From contig JAMOUQ010000022.1 in NCBI GenBank assembly GCA_027068085.1, positions 23,907 through 87,906 on the forward strand: a DNA stretch of 64,000 nt. Reading direction: 5' to 3'. The stretch comes from Desulfobacteraceae bacterium (GTDB lineage: Bacteria > Desulfobacterota > Desulfobacteria > Desulfobacterales > Desulfosarcinaceae). Positions 61,103 to 64,000 of this stretch are shown here, in pieces (the stretch's first letter is position 1; each line of letters opens with the position of its first letter). The translations under genes were made by a program, and so were the position numbers. The notes under the pieces are model-generated. The model had not been told where the DNA came from, searched no databases, and saw only the letters and a program-made list of their open reading frames with translations.

Positions 61103-62507
61103 ACGTTTCGAAGCCCGGAATATGTCGGAAGCGCTGAAGATGATCAAAAAGGAATTCGGCGAGGAAGCCGTGATCCTGTCGGCCCGCAACAATCGTCCCG
61201 GCCGTTCGATTTTCGGCCGGCGCAGGACAAAGGGGGTGGTGGTGACGGCGGCCGTCGATCACCAGGCAGGCAGGGATAATCTTCAGACCGGCCGGGATCC
61301 GGGAATGAGATCCGCGCCGGATCGGGATCGGGGCAAGCGGCCCGATGTTTCGGACCGGGGGGGCACCGGCCGCATAATTCATCAGTTTAAGCCCATAACT
61401 CCCACCGGGCAGAGAATCTGGCAGCTCAGGTCGGCGTCGGGAAACGGGCTGTCCGGTGAAGCGTCCGTCAACCGGCAGTTGTACAGAAAACTTGTCAGCC
61501 AGGGAGTTGAGGAAAAGCTCGCCGAAAGCTGGAGCCGCCAGAGCGACAAGCTGGTGGATCAGTCCCTGCCGCTGAAGCAGCAATTACAGCGGGCTCTGGT
61601 TCAGTTGCTGGCGGCCCAGGGGATTGTTGTCACCATGGCCGATTCGCGCCGGCGCAAAAAGGCGGGCCTGGTGGTCATGGTGGGACCGGCGGGCGCAGGC
61701 AAAACCACCATGGTGGCGAAGCTGGCGGTGGGGCACCTGCTGGAAAAAAGCGGCACGTGCGCCATGATATCGCTCGATGACAGTAAGGTGGGCGGATCGT
61801 ACGAACTGGAAGCCTACGGCCGGGCAACCGGCATAAGGGTTCTGAAAGCCTATGACGGCCGGCAGCTCGAACGGGGGCTTGCGGAAGTTGAAGGCTGCCG
61901 GCAGGTCTATGTCGATACTCCCGCTGTCAGAGGCTCTGATGCCCGGTCGATTTCACAGCTGCGCCGCATGCTGGCCAAACTGCCGTCGGCCGTAATATAC
62001 CTTGCCATCTGCGCGACCGCCCGGCAGGACGTAATAGCCAAATGGATAGAGCTATACCGTCCCCTGGGAATCGAAGCTGTCGTTGTGACCCGCCTGGACG
62101 AATGCAGCCGGATCGGACACGTGGTCAATCTGCTGGTAAAAGAGCGGCTGCCGGTGGCCTATCTGAGCAACGGGCCGTCGGTGCCGGAAGATTGCAGCAA
62201 GGCCGATGCCCAGGCCGTGGCCCGCTTTCTGCTGCCCGGCGATCATGAGCGCCAAGAAGGGGACCGGAAACCGGAGGCCGGTCTAAAGCACGATCGGTCC
62301 GGACAGTATGTGGCCAACCGCAATTCCGATATTTTCCACCGGCACGACTGCAAGGCCGTAAAGAGAATCAATCAGGACAACATGGTGTTTTTCGATGATC
62401 AATTCGATGCCCTGGGACAGGGCTTCAAGCCTTGCCGGATGTGCTGTTCGGAATTGGTCGACACGGTGCGGTTCAGCAGAAATCTGTATGCGGCAGGTGC
62501 CCGCTGA
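61092..62507 (+). CDS. flhF: flagellar GTPase FlhF with C-terminal Ada-like Cys/His domain
   Basis: 471 aa; MQIKRFEARNMSEALKMIKKEFGEEAVILS B-domain; G1 VGPAGAGKTT; TRLDE G4. An extra segment of about 90 aa follows, ending ...YVANRNSDIFHRHDCKAVKRINQDNMVFFDDQFDALGQGFKPCRMCC... Confidence 0.9.
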   Translation: MQIKRFEARNMSEALKMIKKEFGEEAVILSARNNRPGRSIFGRRRTKGVVVTAAVDHQAGRDNLQTGRDPGMRSAPDRDRGKRPDVSDRGGTGRIIHQFKPITPTGQRIWQLRSASGNGLSGEASVNRQLYRKLVSQGVEEKLAESWSRQSDKLVDQSLPLKQQLQRALVQLLAAQGIVVTMADSRRRKKAGLVVMVGPAGAGKTTMVAKLAVGHLLEKSGTCAMISLDDSKVGGSYELEAYGRATGIRVLKAYDGRQLERGLAEVEGCRQVYVDTPAVRGSDARSISQLRRMLAKLPSAVIYLAICATARQDVIAKWIELYRPLGIEAVVVTRLDECSRIGHVVNLLVKERLPVAYLSNGPSVPEDCSKADAQAVARFLLPGDHERQEGDRKPEAGLKHDRSGQYVANRNSDIFHRHDCKAVKRINQDNMVFFDDQFDALGQGFKPCRMCCSELVDTVRFSRNLYAAGAR

Positions 62508-62533
62508 AATTCAAGCTGAGGAGCAATGCAAAG

Positions 62534-63436
62534 ATGAGTTCACCCAACGGCAGTAGCGGCAAAGTGATTCACCTCAATCCGGGCGGACGGAAAGGATTGG
62601 CTGCCTCGGGCGGCCATGGCGCGGCCCGGTCCGGACAGGCCCCCCGCAGTATAGCCATAACCTCCGGCAAGGGGGGAGTGGGCAAGACCAATATCGTTGC
62701 CAATCTCGGATACTCCCTGGCCCGCACGGGCAAAAGCGTACTTGTCTTCGATGCCGATCTGGGCCTGGGCAACCTGGACGTGCTGCTGGGGCTGGCTCCC
62801 AGGTTCAATCTGTCGCATGTGATTCAGGGGCAGGCCGATCTGGAGCAGATCGTGGTCGCCGGTCCCGGAGGGATGAAGATTTTGCCGGCTTCTTCCGGGA
62901 TACAGGAGATGACCAGCCTCAGCCGGTCGGAAAGAAGCGAGCTGAGCCGGCAGCTGAAGAACTTTGTCAACCGCTTCGACGTCCTGCTGATCGACACGGC
63001 CGCGGGGATATCCGGCAACGTACTGCATTTCAATATCTCGGCCGATGACGTGATGGTGGTGGTCAACCCGGAGCCGACTTCCATTACCGACGCCTATGCC
63101 CTGATGAAGGTCCTGTCGGTCCAGTACGGCCTGGAGCGTTTCAACCTGCTGGTCAACGCCGCCCGCGATGCCAGGGAGGCTGAAGAGGTCTGCCGGCAGC
63201 TATGCCTGGTCAGCGACAGGTTTCTCAGGATTGAAATAGATTATCTGGGTTTTGTGCCTTTTGACGAGAATGTAAAAGCGGCTGTGAAAAAGCAGACCAT
63301 CATCAGCGAATTTCAGCCTGATTCAGGAGCCAGCCGCAGTTTTGTTTCCATCGCGCGCAGGATTGCTTACCTGCAGCCGATGCTCGCTGCCGGTCAATGC
63401 CCGCGCAACCCGGAAATAGGGGACTTGCTGATTTAA
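62534..63436 (+). CDS. flhG: MinD/ParA-type ATPase FlhG (FleN)
   Basis: Deviant Walker A ITSGKGGVGKTN; VLVFDADLGLGNLD. ATG at 62534 follows GAGGAG. The ORF-track start at 62432 lies inside flhF and is rejected. Confidence 0.88.
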   Translation: MSSPNGSSGKVIHLNPGGRKGLAASGGHGAARSGQAPRSIAITSGKGGVGKTNIVANLGYSLARTGKSVLVFDADLGLGNLDVLLGLAPRFNLSHVIQGQADLEQIVVAGPGGMKILPASSGIQEMTSLSRSERSELSRQLKNFVNRFDVLLIDTAAGISGNVLHFNISADDVMVVVNPEPTSITDAYALMKVLSVQYGLERFNLLVNAARDAREAEEVCRQLCLVSDRFLRIEIDYLGFVPFDENVKAAVKKQTIISEFQPDSGASRSFVSIARRIAYLQPMLAAGQCPRNPEIGDLLI

Positions 63437-63468
63437 CCATGATTGCCGGAAACATGCGGAGAGAAAAA

Positions 63469-64000
63469 ATGGAATTGGCAGAATCGCGTTTGAACTCGCT
63501 GTCAAAGGACGACCATAGCCTGCGGAACGAGATAATTGCCGAGTATCTGCCTTATGTGAGCAGGATAGTAAACCGGATCGCGGTTCACCTGCCTCCCACG
63601 GTGGAAATAGACGATCTGATCAACGTCGGCATAATCGGCCTTATCCAGGCAATCGAACGCTACGATCCCAGCCGCGACAACAAGTTCATGACCTATGCGG
63701 TCTTCCGCATAAAGGGGGCTGTCCTGAGCGAACTGCGCTCGCGCGATTTTCTCGGCCGCACCACACGCCGCAAGATCAGAAGCCTGGAAAAGGCTTACCT
63801 CAAGCTTGAACAGAAGTTGGGCCGCAGCGCCAGCGACGAGGAAGTGGCCCGGGAATTGAACATGGACCTGGACCAGCTTTACCAGGTAAAGCGCATGAGC
63901 AACATCTCTTTCATCAGTTTTGAAGAAATAGGGTACACGTCCAGGGAAGAAAAGGACAACTTCATCAACGCCCTGATGCGCAACGAATCGGACGACGCCC
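63469..64000 (+). CDS. fliA: flagellar sigma factor FliA (sigma28), N-terminal part; 3' end outside the window
   Basis: My own translation gives MELAESRLNS...IIAEYLPYVSRIVNRIAVHLPPTVEIDDLINVGIIGLIQAIERYDPSRDNKFMTYAVFRIKGAVLSELRSRDF (sigma70 region 2, FliA/WhiG type). The frame is open to base 64000. In-frame ATGs also occur at 63439 and 63454; 63469 follows GGAGAG. Confidence 0.85.
   Translation, partial: MELAESRLNSLSKDDHSLRNEIIAEYLPYVSRIVNRIAVHLPPTVEIDDLINVGIIGLIQAIERYDPSRDNKFMTYAVFRIKGAVLSELRSRDFLGRTTRRKIRSLEKAYLKLEQKLGRSASDEEVARELNMDLDQLYQVKRMSNISFISFEEIGYTSREEKDNFINALMRNESDDA

Noticed and set aside
62432-62533. ORF-track start of flhG at 62432, inside flhF
   Set aside because: It would overlap the Cys-rich FlhF C-terminus in another frame. 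The ATG at 62534 has a GAGGAG SD and begins just upstream of the MinD-type Walker A.
1-64000. Search for CRISPR arrays, IS/transposase or integrase genes, tRNA/rRNA genes and prophage remnants
   Set aside because: None was seen. The only reiterated sequences are the paralogous TPR-GT9 coding modules and short regulatory motifs. The island shows no flanking direct repeats or integrase that would mark it as mobile.

Overview
High-GC proteobacterial chromosome segment. The gene order looks deltaproteobacterial (Desulfobacterota-like), but the taxon cannot be fixed from sequence alone. No rRNA, tRNA, CRISPR array or mobile element was seen. All calls come from reading the supplied ORF translations and the DNA by eye, so start codons and motif coordinates may be off by a few nt.

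Layout:
(1) 1-2254: ADP-heptose genes (hldD fragment, gmhA, hldE).
(2) about 2.3-34.2 kb: a roughly 32 kb glycosylation island.
- One plus-strand operon (2527-21063) encodes a sugar-nucleotide pathway: an NDP-sugar pyrophosphorylase, a GHMP kinase, a split transketolase, two SDR enzymes, an aldo-keto reductase and two methyltransferases. The same operon then carries a chain of glycosyltransferases.
- Beyond it lie further giant TPR-fused glycosyltransferase genes on both strands.
- In total there are about 15 GT domains. These include five copies of a TPR + GT9 (heptosyltransferase-like) module and two GT41 (SPINDLY/OGT-like) modules.
(3) 34.4-36.8 kb: flaF, flbT, an orphan gene and a short alphaproteobacterial-type flagellin. 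The flagellin has a near-consensus sigma28 promoter and a leader of about 130 nt.
(4) 37.4-64 kb: two sigma54 enhancer-binding proteins (EBPs), followed by an almost complete flagellar cluster. Its order is flgBC, fliEFGHIJK, flgDE, motA, two motB paralogs, fliLMNOPQR, flhBAFG, and fliA truncated at the window end.

Main result: ten -24/-12 (sigma54) promoter-like elements with exact GG-N10-GC spacing lie in the intergenic gaps. Four of them precede the glycosylation operons. Five 14-bp palindromes of the form GTCAA-N4-TTGAC sit 65-140 bp upstream of several of these promoters and resemble the FleQ box as I recall it. The island therefore appears to be part of the flagellar sigma54 regulon. 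I propose it is a flagellin glycosylation system, possibly heptosylation, built from reiterated TPR-GT9 modules.

Other oddities:
- a kinase-less pair of EBPs with a FliH-like gene between them;
- a MotB paralog lacking the essential aspartate;
- FlhF fused to an Ada-like zinc-binding domain;
- FlhB with NPTR in place of NPTH.
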